Shown piece after piece: positions 33,960 through 47,450 of a stretch of DNA of 64,000 bases; the stretch's first letter is position 1; each line of letters begins with the position of its first letter. The DNA is from Heterodontus francisci (lineage: Eukaryota): contig NC_090387.1 in the NCBI RefSeq assembly GCF_036365525.1, positions 76,941,300 through 77,005,299 on the forward strand, read 5' to 3'. A model generated the notes under the pieces. The model was not told the DNA's origin. It was given only the letters and a program-made list of their open reading frames with translations, and searched no databases. Made by a program: the position numbers and the translations under genes.

Positions 33960-36900
33960 TAATAGCAAAATACTGCCGATGGTGGAAATCTGAAGTAAAA
34001 ACAGGAAGTGCTGGAAATACTCAGCAGCTCTGACATCTGCGGATAGAGAAGCAGAGTTAACGTTTCATGACAGTGACCTTTCATCAAAACTGGCAAATCT
34101 TAGAAATGTAATCGGTTGAAGCAAATAAAGTGGGTATGGGGAAAAGGGAACAAAGGGAAACGGATTTAGAGGATAGAGGACCGGAGGGATTAACTGACAA
34201 GGAGGTCATGGGGCAAAGGCGAATACAAAGAGAGGGTGCTAACGGTGCGGTGAAAGATAAAGCATTAGTGCAGAGAGGCCGTTAAATGACAGAATTATGA
34301 ATAGCACTAGTTAAAAGCACAAACATGAAAAAAAAACATTGGGCATGTACATGGTTAAAAGAACGATGACAAAAACAAATTAAATTAAAATAAACAAAAA
34401 TAAAAATAAAAAGGGCCAGTCATGCTCTGAAAATATTGAACTCAATGTTCAGTCCGGTAGACTGAGCGTGCCTAATCGATAAATGAGCTGCTATTTCTCG
34501 AGCTTGCGTTTATGTTCACTAGAACACTGTAGCAAACCCAGGACAGAGGTACGGACATGAGAGCAGGGCTGTGTGTTGAAGCAAGCGACGGAAGCTCGGG
34601 GTCATGTTTTCAAAGTAAGCGGACGTGTTCCACAAAACGGTCACCCAATCTGAATTTGGTCTCCCCAATGTAGAGGAGACTGCATTGTGAGCAGTGAATA
34701 CAGTACACCAAATTGAAAGAAGTACAAGTAAATCGCTGCTTCACCTGAAACGACTGTTCGGGGCATTGGATAGAGAGGAGAGAGGAGGTAAAAGGGCAGG
34801 TATTACACCTCCTGTGCTTGCATGGGACGGTGTCATGGGAAGGGGATGATTAGATTAGATTAGATTAGATTAGAGATACAGCACTGAAACAGGCCCTTCG
34901 GCCCACCGAGTCTGTGCCGAACATCAACCACCCATTTATATTAATCCTACACTAATCCCATATTCCTACCAAACATCCCCACCTGTCCCTATATTTCCCT
35001 ACCACCTACCTATACTAGTGACAATTTATAATGGCCAATTTACCTATCAACCTGCAAGTCTTTTGGCCTGTGGGAGGAAACCGGAGCACCCGGAGAAAAC
35101 CCACGCAGACACAGGGAGAACTTGCAAACTCCACACAAGCAGTGCCCGGAATCGAACACGGGTTCCTGGAGTTGCGAGGCTGCGGTGCTACCACTGCGCC
35201 ACTGTGCGGTGTTGGGGTAATGGGGCAGTGGACCAGGGTGCCGCGGAGGGAGCGATCCCTTTGGAATGGTGACATGAGAGGGGAAGGGAAGATGTCTTTA
35301 GTGGTGGCATCGTGTTGGAGGTGGCAGAAATGGCGGAGGATGATCTCTTGGATGTGAAGGCTGGTGGGGTGGAAAGTGAGAACAAGGGGAACCCTGCCGC
35401 AGTTCTGAGAGGGAGGGGAAGTAGTGAGGGCAGAAGTGTGGGAAATTAGATGGACACAGTTGAAGGCCCTGTCAACCACAGTGGTGGGGGTGGGGGTGGG
35501 GGGGAGTGCTGAATACTCAGTTGCAGAAAAAGGAAGCTATATCAGAAGCGCTGTTGTGGAAGGTTCCACCATCAGAGCAGATGCGTGAGAGACAGAGAAA
35601 TTGGGATAATGGGATGGAGTCCTTACAAGAGGTAGGGTGTGAAGAAGTGTATTCGACGGAGCTGTGGGAGTCAATGGGCTTATAATGAATATTAGTGGAC
35701 AGTCTGTTCCCAGAGATGGAGACAGAGAAGTCGAGGAAGAGAAAGGAAATGTCAGAAATGGGCCATGTCAAGGTGAGAGAAGGGTGGAAATTGGAAGCAA
35801 AGTTGATAAAGTTTTTCCGTTCGGGGCAGGAGCAGGAAATGGCACAGATACAGTAATCAATATACAAGAAAAGAAGTTGGGGGAGGGGGCCGGGGTAGGA
35901 CTGGAACAAGGAATGTTCGACTTATCCCACAAAAAGACAGGCATAACTAGGATACTTGCGGTTCCCATAGTAACATCTTTTATTTGAAGGAAGTGAGTGG
36001 AGTTGAAGGAGAAGTTGTTTTATGTGAGAACAAGTTTAGCCAGGCAGAGGAGGGTTGTGGTGGTTGGGGACTGGTTGGGCCTCTGTTCATGGAAGAAGCA
36101 GAGAGCACTCAAACCATCCTGATGGGGGAGGGAGGTGTAGAGAGATTGGACATCCATAGCGAAGAGGATGCGGTTAGGGACAGGAAACAGGAAATTGTCA
36201 AAATGACATAGGGCATCAGAAGAGTCATGGATGTAGGTGGGAAGAGCCTGGACCAAGGGAGAAAAGATAGAGTCAAGAAAATAAGAAATAAGTTCAGTGG
36301 GGCAGGAACAGGCTGAAATGATGAGTCTCCCAGGACAGTACTGTTTCTGGATTTTAGGAAGGAGGTAGTTGGGACTATAAGGTTGGAAGCTGTAGAGAGA
36401 AGATTTCAGCAGGAGATGAGGTCAGTGACAGTCCTTTAGACAGTAGCTTGATGTTCGGTGGTGAAGTCATGGTCCAGGGGGAGGTAAGAAGAAGCGTCTG
36501 AGAGTTGGCTGCAAGGTAGAGGTTAGTACACCAGACAACAACAGCACCACCCTTGTCAGCAGGTTTGATCACAATGTTGGGGTTAGACCTGAGAGAATGG
36601 AGTGCAGCAAGTTCAGTGGGGAACAGGCTAGAGTGAGAGAGGGGAGTGGAGAAATGAGACGGCCGAAGTCTCACCGACAGTTCTGAATGAAAAGATCAAG
36701 AGCAGTCAAGAGGCCAAAGGGAGGCGTTCAGATGGAGGGGGAATGCTGGAGGTGGGCAAATAGGTCTGCAGGTTGGGGGGAGGACTGCTGCTCAGAGAAG
36801 TGAGCACGGAGGTGAAGGCAATGGAAGAAGAGCTCAATGCCAGGCTCAGCGCAAATTTGATTGAGGCCCGGGCATAACGGGATAAAACTCAGTCATTTGC

Positions 36901-37325
36901 TGAGAACAGAAGGTTCAGTGTCAGACAGGGGAAGGCCAGAGGGTATCGTGAATACGCTGTTTTATTTTATTTTATTTTGTTTCATCATTTTTTAACCATG
37001 TGCCTGCCCACTGTATGTGTTTTTGGCTAGATCTGTTCATTATTCTGTTTTTAACACCTTAGCTGCACGAATGCTTTGTCTTTCACCACACCATTAGCAC
37101 CCTTTCATTGCCTTTGCCTTTGCCCATGACCCTTGTCAGTTAATCTTTCAGTCCCTCTGTCCTTTCCACAGCCCCTTCCTTTTTTTTCTCTGTTCCCCAT
37201 CCCCGCTTTATTTGCTGAAAACCTATTACATTTCGAACCTTTACCAGTGCGGATGAAAGGTCACTGACGTGAAACGTTAACTCTGCTTCTCTCTCCACAG
37301 ATGCTGACTGACCTGTACTTTCTGT
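33960..37325 (-). mobile_element. Degraded Penelope-like retroelement (RT plus GIY-YIG) with terminal repeats in inverted orientation
   Basis: IVIKPADKGGAVVVW, FAMDVQSLYTSLPH, FLDFSVSI and YKPIDSHS motifs; GIY-YIG remnant near 34600-34750; pseudo-LTR sequence at both ends. Confidence 0.9.
34848..35207 (-). mobile_element. HE1/V-SINE-like SINE with (CTAAT)n tail, inserted in the Penelope element
   Basis: Reverse complement of the SINE head at about 35140-35207; (ATTAG)n at 34848-34873. Confidence 0.88.
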
Positions 37326-39999
37326 TTTTAACCGGTTCAAATTTGCCGAAACTATTTTGCGTCTATGTTTGGTAATAGTATGATTTCAATAAACAATGTA
37401 ATTCAGATATGATGGTAGATGTATATATGCGTCCTCTAGACTGACATGTTCTGTCGCGACTCAGTACAAAGGGGCTGCTGTCCTTTTAGGTAGAATGTCC
37501 TGCCCAAGAGCGGTGCCCACTGCTAGGACTGAATTCGGCCCGAAGCAACATCGTTGACACCGCCCTGGGACCAAGGTAAAGAGCGTCAGCAACAGCAGGG
37601 GCAGTCAGGTGGACTCCGGGGCTTTTGGTGTGGTCGGGGCTGGGAGGTCGTAGGCGGTGGTTTTACTGAGCCACACGGGTGGCCATCGCCACAATGGAGC
37701 CCCTCCGTGGGCCTTGGATTGCGCCTAATTGGCATTCTCTCTGTGCAGCAGAAGGCCTCTCTGATGTTCGTTAAATAGGAGCGGAGGCAGGAAGCTGCCC
37801 TTAAAAAGCCCTTAGTTGTTCATTCAAGTGGCTCAATTGAACTCGGGCCGGAAGGCCTTCTTCCGCCTTCCCCGCAGTCGACAAAATGGGATGGTGGCAA
37901 GAGAATGTCTGGCACACCCCCCGACGCCTCCCCATGCATTTTGTCTGCCCCCATCACCTACCATCCCGTCTGCAAGGGCCAAAGAACGTTCAGCCCATAG
38001 AAGCTTACAGTATAGAAGAAGGCTCTTCGTCCCGATGTGCCTGTGCGACTTTTTGAAAGAGCTGTCTAACTTAGTCCCGCACCCCAGCATTTTTCCTATA
38101 ACCCTTCTTCAAGTACATGCCCAGTTGCCTTTTGAAAGTTCCGATGAAATCATCTTCCACCATTCTTTCACGTGGTGCATTCCAGAGCTTAACAGATCTC
38201 TGTTTGCAAACAACTCCCCTAATTTCCCTTCTAGTTCTTTATCCCAGTATTTTGCCCTAAAACCGCGACCTTTGGTTACCGACCCAATTGTTTCAAATTG
38301 GAGATTGTATAATTTGCGCTTGGATTATTTTGACTGCCCAGTAACGGAATATAACATAATTCAGACATAGCAACGTGAAATGTCAGTATGCTTGAAAAAT
38401 CATGTTATTCTCGTGAAATGTAAGGACTTAGAGATGATTTTGACAGTGTGCTTTTTGCAGTACTTAAACTTGTTAGTAAACAGCAACGCAGGTCCAGGAC
38501 GTTCTCCAGCTAAATAAAGAATATGGCTCATTTGTTCACCTCTTCAGCAACAGTTCAAGTACTGAATTTAGTTCATTGCAACATTGCGCGATATAGCCGC
38601 AAGTGGAACAACACGTTCTGTTCACATTTAACTGCGTGTATACTTTATATTTAACTTACTGACATTTCTTAGCATGTAGAATGTCTAATCGCTTCGCCTG
38701 AAGACGCTTTATCGGATCTATTCTTTCTAATTGTCGACATTAAACAATCTACAACTAACTGCAGGTGTGCTCCTCTAAATACTGGCGGTTGCAATGTCTA
38801 TTGCAGTGACATTGGTTAAGTCCCGTCCGCAAAATGTCTCCATTTATTACAACATTGGTCCACTGATCATACGGAATCCGGAATTGTAATTTGTGGTCAG
38901 TTAGATCAAATGTAAACCGAATTTAACTAAAATTTTAGAATTGAATTCCCCGTAATTGTAGTTATTTTGAGAGGAATGCTGCTAATTAAAGTTGCCCGTT
39001 GTTACAGTGCGTTACACCTTGGTACTGCCGATGCGAGGCGATCGTTGACAGATTTTGCGCATAATGGAGGTATTAAACAGGACAACAAAAATGACGATTA
39101 GCAATTCGCTTCATGAATTCGTTCGGATGAAATTATATTTCTTTGCGTCATGTTCCAGATAGAACACTGTTCATTCCATTATAACCCACGTCCACCAGTA
39201 AAATTTCCACCACGATCTCCTGGAGAAGTCCATAGCTCCCCGAAAACCCACCAGGGTATCTCTTAAGTAATTGTTTTGCCCTTAGCTTAGTTCAGAACAA
39301 TTGCACTTTAATATGTTCGCAGTTCTGACAAAAAACATAAAGCAAACCCCGTTCCGTCTCTACAGATGCTGCTAGGCCAGTTCTATATTTCCAGCATTTT
39401 CTGTTTTTATTTCAAAATTCCAGCAGCTGCTGTACTTGCTTCTTTAAAACAAAATGTTAATTCTTTAACGTTTTCCCACTGATTATATAATTTTTTGCCA
39501 AATATACCTAATCAGTTCAGTGTCAGTTTTAAGGCACGTGTCAGTATTAAGCGAAAGGAACGGTGAGCGGAGGTCGCTAAAGACGGGAGCGGAGAGCTGA
39601 GGCTACTCTAACGTAGGGAACAATCTGAAGGATATTCTAAATTTGAAGAAGTGGCGTCAAGGGAGTCATGGAACGCGAAGAATTGCAACTAAGTGATTAA
39701 TTTGCTTTATAACGAAGTAAAGTGTATAATTTATTATAAAATTAAGTTTCGTGCTCCATTAATTAATCAGATCTAGGGGAATACAATTAAAATTAACTAA
39801 ATAGAACAGACTAAAATTAATAGATTCTGAATCTTCATAAATTGAAATGTTATATATATATATATGACTGTAATAAATAATTAAAAACAAAGGAACTGAT
39901 AAACAACTACAATGAGCAGAACAAAGTAAAACGGCAGCAACTGGAGCAGTTTTAAAAGATGTTATTATCATTGATTAATTAAGTAAAACAGGGCGATAT

Positions 40000-40730
40000 A
40001 GGGATGACAGTGCAGGTGGCGTGCTGTGGGAATTTGTGGGTATAATTGCGGTCAACCATATTTATCGTGTCTTGATCTCGAGGAACTTCAGTTCAGAGTT
40101 ATTGAGCTGCAGCCCGAGGTACAGACATTGTGGAACATCAATGAGGGGAGAGTTACCAGGACACTTTGATTCACGCCTCCTAGAATAGGTAATGGTACAG
40201 ATTTGGTTACTGTTTAGGGACAGGAGGTTGAGACTGCTCCGGCAGGTAAGGGGACCCCAGGTACTCTGCTGAAGGAACCTCATCCTTTACTATTATTCAA
40301 GAGGTATGAGATTCTTGCTGCCTATGTCGATGAAGGCACGCAGGGTGAATGAGCAAACTGTCCATGCAACCATGGAACAGTGCGCCATTCAAGTAGTGGA
40401 GTGAAAAGGAATGTGGTAGTGATAGGCGTCAGCCCAGTTTGGGGGATAGATACTGTTCTCTACAATCGTGAATGGAATTTCTGAAAATAGTCTTGTCTGT
40501 CCTGAGCCAGCTCCTCATGACCGTAGAAGAACGTGTAGTGCGACGTAGCACCTGGTTGTGGTCCACATAGAAACCGCCATCACAGCTGGAACTAATGAGT
40601 TTCTTCTGTGAGCGCCTGAGGAGTTAACTTCGAAATTAAAATGCAGCACCTCTCAGGAAATAATCTCTCGGCTGTTGCTGAAAGATTAATGTGGGAGACA
40701 TGGCAATGGAACCAGTACGAGAGAAAGAGG
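40000..40730 (+). mobile_element. Highly degraded CR1 ORF1 remnant
   Basis: Patchy similarity to CR1 ORF1 (NVVVIGVS..WGID and LK..TSQEIISRLL-like segments). Confidence 0.55.
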
Positions 40731-40739
40731 GAGCTCAAA

Positions 40740-41058
40740 ATTATATTTTTATTTTTTTAAATTATATTTTATATATACAGCACTCGGCCCGCCGAGTCTG
40801 TGCCGACCAACAACCACCCATTTATACAGTAATCTCATACTCCCTACCACCTACCTAAACTAGGGGCAATTTACAACGGCCAATTTACCTATCACCTGTA
40901 AGTCTTTTGGCTGTGGGAGGAAACCGGAGCACCGGGCGAAAACCCACGCGGTCACCGGGAGAACTTGCAAACTCCGCACAGGGAGTACCCAGAATCAAAC
41001 CCGGGTCCCTGGAAGCTGTGAGGCTGCGGTGCTAACCACTGCGCCACTGTGCCACCCA
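40740..41058 (-). mobile_element. HE1/V-SINE-like SINE
   Basis: Reverse complement of GGGTGGCACAGTGGCGCAGTGGTTAGCACCGCAGCC. Confidence 0.88.
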
Positions 41059-42990
41059 TTATCAGTGATTTCCGCTGCTTGCCTTGCTTTTAATACCTTT
41101 TGGTTATCACCATCAGTTCTCACTATTGGAGGGATTGAATTTTTAAACTCTTCCAAGAGAATCAATTCTCTAAGGTTCTCATACGTGGCTTCCATCTTTA
41201 CTGCCCGTATCCAACAAGCAAAATTAATTTGCTTTAACCTCTCAAATCTCACATAAGTCTGCCCATCCAAACTCTGGAGGTTCTGAAATTTCTGTTGGTA
41301 AACTTCAGGGACTAACTTAGAAGCAGCAAGAATAGCATTTTTTTGCCACCTCAATCTGCAGAAGCCTCTTGATGAAGCATGGCTCAGCCCATCAACTTGA
41401 TTTGCATAAGCAGTGTTCAGCTTTCCTTTAGCCATTTCAGTTGTTTGGCTATTATTTCAAAAGAAATGAAAACGCCTCTACATCCCTTTCCTCAATCTTA
41501 AGGAGTTCTTGTATAAATTTAAACAGTTTTCTGCTGGGTCCTGGGCTGCATTCAAATTCTTCCTTACCAGAATTTTCTCTGGAGTTAAGACCACCTCCTT
41601 TATCTTAGTTGCATCTCTTTTAAGCTAAATTCCCTCTCTTCTCTTTCACTTTCTCGCTGAAGTTCAAGTTTTCTTCATTCTTTTTCAGCCTCAAGTATTG
41701 TTAATTCTATATCCTGCTCAAGTTTTTTTTTTCAATTCAATCTAAATTTTAGCCAATTCAACTGCAACACCCTTTGACTTGCGTTCTTCTTCTTCCTCCT
41801 CCTCTTCTTCTTCGTCTTCTTCTTCCAATTTTGCTTGTTGGGCTAGTGCATCAATTATTTCTACTTTTTAAGGACCTGATTTCAATTCAAAATCAATTGT
41901 GTTGCCAATTCTTTTAGTTTAATGTTGGTTAAAGTTGTCAAGTCACTGAAGAACACATTTTCCTTTCCCAGAAAAACTGCTGAAACTGCTAATGCCATTC
42001 TGATGGTATAGCCTTTACTCTATTGTATAAGAAACCTGTGTTTTATTTTCAAATTATTACTCCCCTCCCAATTAACACAATTAGCATTCCTAGATGAGCC
42101 CCCGCTTAATATGTTAGGACCAAGGCAGGAGTAATACACTGTTTATTCAGTCCCACTACTCCACGGGTCACAGCCTATTAGTAAAGTTTTCCACCTATCA
42201 TTGTAGCACTCTGATAGAATATTTCTGGGTCGGAGAGGTGTCCCAGATTTGAATAGCCAGATGCCACTCGAAGTCTCTCCAGGTGAGGTGAATGCCTAGA
42301 CTGTGATGAGTAGGCATTCAAGGTAATTTGTCAGCAGCAGTCATCACACAGATCATTCAGCAAAGTATGTAGCAACAGGTCTACTTTGGTTTTGAAATAG
42401 CAGTCTGGCAATCGAAGCTTTCTTCAGCTTTCAGGATCTCCCAAAACATAAGAGACAACAGGAATAAGCCCTCAGGCAGAGATTTTTCAGAGACTGAGGT
42501 CAGTATGAATCTGCTACCATCTAAAAAGGAAGATTTTCCTCTCAGCAAAGGAACCTTTCTCCACAGAGAGCAGCAACGCATTTTTTTCCTGTGTCTTTTC
42601 CTCTCCGGGGGTCCTTTCCTCTCTCCAGGCAGACGGCAAGCCACGCCTCAAATGTCAGAATTCCTTTTTGAAGAGATGCAAATCTTCCTTTTAGAGAGTA
42701 GTCTTTTTATCCCTCTGGTCTGCAAACACAGGTCCCAGCCTACTCACTGCTAGTTGCTTCCATCTCCCTAGTCCTGTTCACACTGCACAACTGAAACTAA
42801 ATCCCATAATCAAGTCATGCGACCGTCATAAATCTCCCTGTCATTTCCCTTTTGAGCTGCTTGGAAACAGGTGTCTTGCAGTCTGCACTCAGTTCAAACA
42901 CTAAGTTTCAGGATTCAATGTTCACAGAGAAAAAAGCCTTTCCGTTTTTTAAAAAAAAGAATTCATGGCTTTCAATAAAAAATAACTCTT
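41059..42990 (-). mobile_element. Gmr1-like Gypsy LTR retrotransposon remnant (LTR, primer-binding site, SCAN-like gag)
   Basis: LVPEVYQQKFQN...TYVRF...LRELILLEEFKNSI gag; putative LTR end ...AACA at 42112 followed by a GGGGGCTCATC PBS-like site. Far LTR boundary approximate. Confidence 0.7.
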
Positions 42991-42999
42991 GTGATAATG

Positions 43000-45560
43000 T
43001 CCTGTGCCAGATGGAGGAGGAGACCATGGAGCTGGCAAGGCCACAGGATGACAAAACATTGAGGACAGAGAGACAGGGGTACCTAAAGGCCGGCTCGGGT
43101 CTGCAAAACACCCGACGCGAGCCCGACCCGAACTATGTTCTTCCATTTTTCCTGTGCCCGACCCGACCCAACCCAACCATCAGTTAACCTACCTTCCGTT
43201 TTTCACTTTCTTGCTGATCTGCACAAGCTTAAAATAACTGTAACAAAACCACCTTTCTAGTCCAAAAAATAAATTAACAGTGGAGCCACTTTCCTGTGAT
43301 GGAGCGTGTCCGAGCAGGCCGGACCCGAGCACGGATGCTGGACCCGGAAGTGCAACCCGACCAGACGCGACACGAAGCTGAGACATGTCATCGGGTCCCG
43401 TTGGGTTCGGGTCGGGTAGCAAGCCTTTCGGGGTACCTACCCAAGGCAGTGAGTAAGGTCATCATAGGCACAAGGGTGCATTCACAGAGATGGAGAAATG
43501 CTGCTCATCAGACATCCGGTGGCTACAGGGATATCCAACGTGGGGTGTGTATTATGTTGGGATGGGTGGTCCTTAACATTTCAATTTCGCTGTCCTTTCA
43601 TGCAAGTCACGTGAAATCCACTCAGAGAGCCTCCAAGACGGTGGGAGAGCCTGCCAGCTCTGACAGGGAGGCAGAGTCTCAGCTCATACCCCTGCACTCT
43701 ACGCCAGTGCAGATCCTCTCGCATCAGTGGGTTTGCCACATGGCTAGGTTTGGGCACGCAACCTGGTGAGCACAGCGCACACGTGCCTGAGCAGCTGACG
43801 GAGGCTATGACAGCCTAGGCCTCTGATATGGGGAGGCCAGGCCCATGCTGATTCCAAAGGCTGCTGTTGTGCCTCTGGTGTCGCCAGCTCCACAGGAAAT
43901 GCTGCAACTACAGCAAGACGTGAGGCAACATCTGGAAGAGATGTCAGTGGAAATACGTGCCCAAACGTGAATCCAGGGCTTGTGTGCTGCGATTTCTCTG
44001 ACTGGTACACGACTGTCATCCTCCATTAAGAGATTGGCAGTGCTCCTGGTGAGTCACATCCAGCAGAGCACTCAGTATCTGCAGGACATTTGTGCAGACC
44101 CGCATACTCTCGTCTCGAATATGAGCTCAAGGCACCAGCGGCAAGTCTAGATGTGGAAACGGGACCTAAATTCACCATGGGATCTACCCTCTCCAGTAAA
44201 CAGGGGGCCACAAGTTTGCCTTGCAAGTGAGGTGAGGTGGTTGTCCACCGCTGTTAGGGGCTCCTTTCAGGATGCTCCTGGTGCAACCAGTAGTTCTCTG
44301 CCCTTCTGCAAATGACACCAGGACCTCCATTAGTCCTGACGACAGAGGGTGCTTCTGTGCAGAGGGACCCAACATGCTGGGATCCACTAAGCCAAAGGCA
44401 TCATGGACTGGATTGACTGAACTGCCTCCGACTGTACCAGAAATGAGTCTAAATGGATCAAACCAGAGGACAAAACATAAGGTTATCCCGACCCAGTGGG
44501 GAGCTAGTTCAGCAGGTGGCTTACATTTCAGCAGACACTGCTGGGGGAACACTTCATAGGAATGCACACAAAAGAATGAAAAAGAACCCCTAGAAGCCTG
44601 GGGTATTCGAGGGTGTATGTGTATTGAAAGTGGAAAGGGTAACGTTTGTTGTCATGGTCAGTAAATAATTCTTGCAATAAGAAAGATCTCCTTGCTACTC
44701 TGTTTGTCCTTTGGTGCTTCGTTTCAGCCCCGCCTCTGTGAAGTGGCTTGAGGTGCCGGATCATGTAGCGAGGGTTCCAGGCTGTAGCCTTGCCAGATGA
44801 GTGCTACACAACTAATGAATGAGTGATTGCTTTCTGAAGGAAAGAAGGTGGCAACGTAGTTGCATAAAGATAAGTCATTATTGGTCAATGGACAACTGAC
44901 AGTAAGGATCAAAGGAAACGCAAATGTATCCGGGCATTGTGAGCCTCCCGTGCACATATCGCAATGGAGTCTCTTCTGGTGTCCTTCATCTGGTAATGCT
45001 TGCTCAGCTTTCTCCCCCACCTTCTCATCGGCCGAGGAAACAGAACGCTCCTCACAAGTCTCATTTTGTATCGCCTTTCCCTTCTGTAATACCAGGTCGT
45101 GGAGTGCACAGCAGATCACTACAATATATAAGACCCTCTCTGGGGCATACTGAAGAGCTCCACGGGACTGATCTAGGCACCTGAATCTCATCTGGCCTGC
45201 TGTATGGTTGCTTGCATTGTCCTGTGGCATGCATTGTACCTCTCCTCTGCATCTGTTCGAGGGTTCTTCACAGGCGTCAGTAGCCATGTCCACAGTGGTT
45301 AGCCCTCCCCTCCAAGGATCTATCCCTAAAGGTGCTCAGGTCGCCAGAAAAGCTCTGGCACCTGGTGTTTGCTCAAAATATAAGCATGCACAGACATGTA
45401 GGAGTGGTTACAGTGGTTGCAGCCCAATTGTCCATTGAGGGTTTGGAAACCCTTCCTGTTGATGCAGACTGCTGGCTGGTGTGCAGTTGCCTTGATGGCC
45501 ACATGGATGCAGTCAATGACGCTCTGCACCTGGGAGAATCCAGCGATGACCCTCGAATCC
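43000..45560 (-). mobile_element. Degenerate Harbinger transposon (HARBI1-like transposase on the minus strand, accessory-gene remnant on the plus strand)
   Basis: IAGFSQVQSVIDCIHVAI...NRKGFQTLNGQL and MRFRCLDQSRGALQYAPERVLYIVVICCALH match Harbinger DDE transposases. Confidence 0.8.
43084..43429. mobile_element. hAT-type MITE, 346 bp, 8-bp TSD
   Basis: GGGGTACC at 43076-43083 and 43430-43437; imperfect terminal inverted repeats TAAAGGCCGGCT / AGCAAGCCTTTC; subterminal CCCGA/TCGGG repeats. Confidence 0.8.
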
Positions 45561-45629
45561 AATGGTCCTCTTAACTTGTGAGTTGGGATCCATATAGAAT
45601 CGTACATAGTAGCCAGTTTAAATTGTTTC

Positions 45630-47450
45630 ATGGGCTGTGGGTTTCACTGGCAAGGCCAGCATTTCTTGCCCTCCCTAATTGCCCTTGAGAAGGTGGTGGT
45701 GAGCTGCCTTCTTGAACCGCTGTAGTCCAACTATTGTGGGTACCTCCACAGTGCTGTTAAGAAGAGAGCTCCAGGACTTTGATCCAGTGATAGTGAAGGA
45801 ACGGTAGCATATTTCAAAGTCAGGATTGTATGTGACTTGGAGGGGGTGTTCCCATGCGTCAGCTGTCTTTGTCCTTTTAGATTGGAGTGGTCGAGGATTT
45901 GGAAGGTGCTGTTGAAGAAGGCGTGGAGAGCTGCTGCATTGCATCTTGTCGATGGTACACACCCCTGCCACTGTGCATCGGTGGTAGAGGGAATAAATTT
46001 TGACGGTTGTGAATGGGATGCTGAGCGCGCGGGCTCCATTGTCCTGGATGGTGTAGAGTTTCCTGTGTGTTGTTGGAGCCGCACCCATCCAGGCAGGTTA
46101 CTGCTGACTTGTGCCTTGTTGATAGCAGCAGGCTTGGGAGGTCAGAAGTTGGGTTATTCGCTGGAGAATTCCCTTTTTGCCATAGTGTTTATGTGGCTGC
46201 TCCAGTTCAGTTTCTGGTCAATGGTAACCTCCCAGGTTGTTGTTGGTGAGAGATTCAGCGATGGTAACGCCACTTAACGTCGAGGGGGATGGATGGACTC
46301 CCTCTTATTGGAGATCGTCTTTGCCTGGCACTTGTGTGGCGCCAATGTTACTTGCCATTTATCAGCCCAAACCTATATGTTGTTCAGGTCTTTCTGCATA
46401 TGGGCACGGACTGCTTCTGTATCTGAGGAGTTGCAAATGGTACTGAACATCGTACAATCATCAGCGAACATTCGCTCTTCTGATTTTATGATGCAGGCAG
46501 GGTGATTGATGAAGAAGCTGAAGGCGGTTGGGCCTAGGACTCTACCTTGAGGAACCCCTGCTTCAATATCTTGGGGCTGTGTTTATTGGTCTCCAACAAC
46601 CACATCCATCTTCCTTTATGCTGGGTATAACTCCAGCCAGTGGAGAGTTTTCTGCCTGAATCCCATTGGTTTCAATTTGGCTAGGACTCCTTGATGTTAC
46701 AATCGGTCAAATGCAACCTTGATATCAAGGTCAATCACTCTCACCTCACTTCTTGAGTTCAGCTCTTTTGTTCATGTTTGGACAAAGGCTGTAATGTGTT
46801 CAGGAGCTGAGTGGCCCTGGTGGAACCCAAACTGAGCATCGGTGAGTAGGTTATTGTCATTTAAGTGGCGCTTGATAGCACTGTCGATGATACCTTCCAT
46901 AAATTTCCTGGTAGAAGAGCAGATTGATGGGATGGTAATTGGCTGGATTAGCTTTTTCCTGTTTTTTTTGTGGATAGGACAAACCTAGGAAATCTTCCAC
47001 ATTCTTGGGTAAATGCCAATGTTGCAGCTGTATTGGAATAGTTTGGCTAGGGGCACGTAAACCTCTGCAGCACAACTGAGCCGGGATGTTGTCAGGACCC
47101 ATATCCTTTGGAGTATCCAGTGCCTTCAGCCGTTTATTAATATCACGAGGAGGCCGAGATGGATCATCCATTCGGCAATTCTGGCTGAAGATGGTTGCCA
47201 ATGTTTCAGTCTTTTTATTTTTGCACATATGTGTTGGGCTCCCCCATCATTGAAGATGGGATTTTTGTGCAGCCTCCTCCTCCTGTTAGTTGTTCAATTG
47301 TCCACTACCATTCATGACTGGATGTGGGAGGATTGCAGTGCTTTCATCTGATCCATTGGTTGTGGGATTGCTCAGCTCCGTCTTTTGCCTACTGTGTCCT
47401 TTGTTTGACATGCAAGTAGTCCTGTGTTGCAACTTCACCACGCTGGCACC
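45630..47450 (-). mobile_element. Degraded CR1/L2-group LINE (RT and 3' end)
   Basis: MGPDNIP, NPANYHPINLL and GLQRFKKAAHHHLLKGN-type segments. Confidence 0.75.

Noticed and set aside
44724-45631. HARBI1 host gene
   Set aside because: Fragmented by frameshifts and truncated by a LINE, consistent with a transposon relic.
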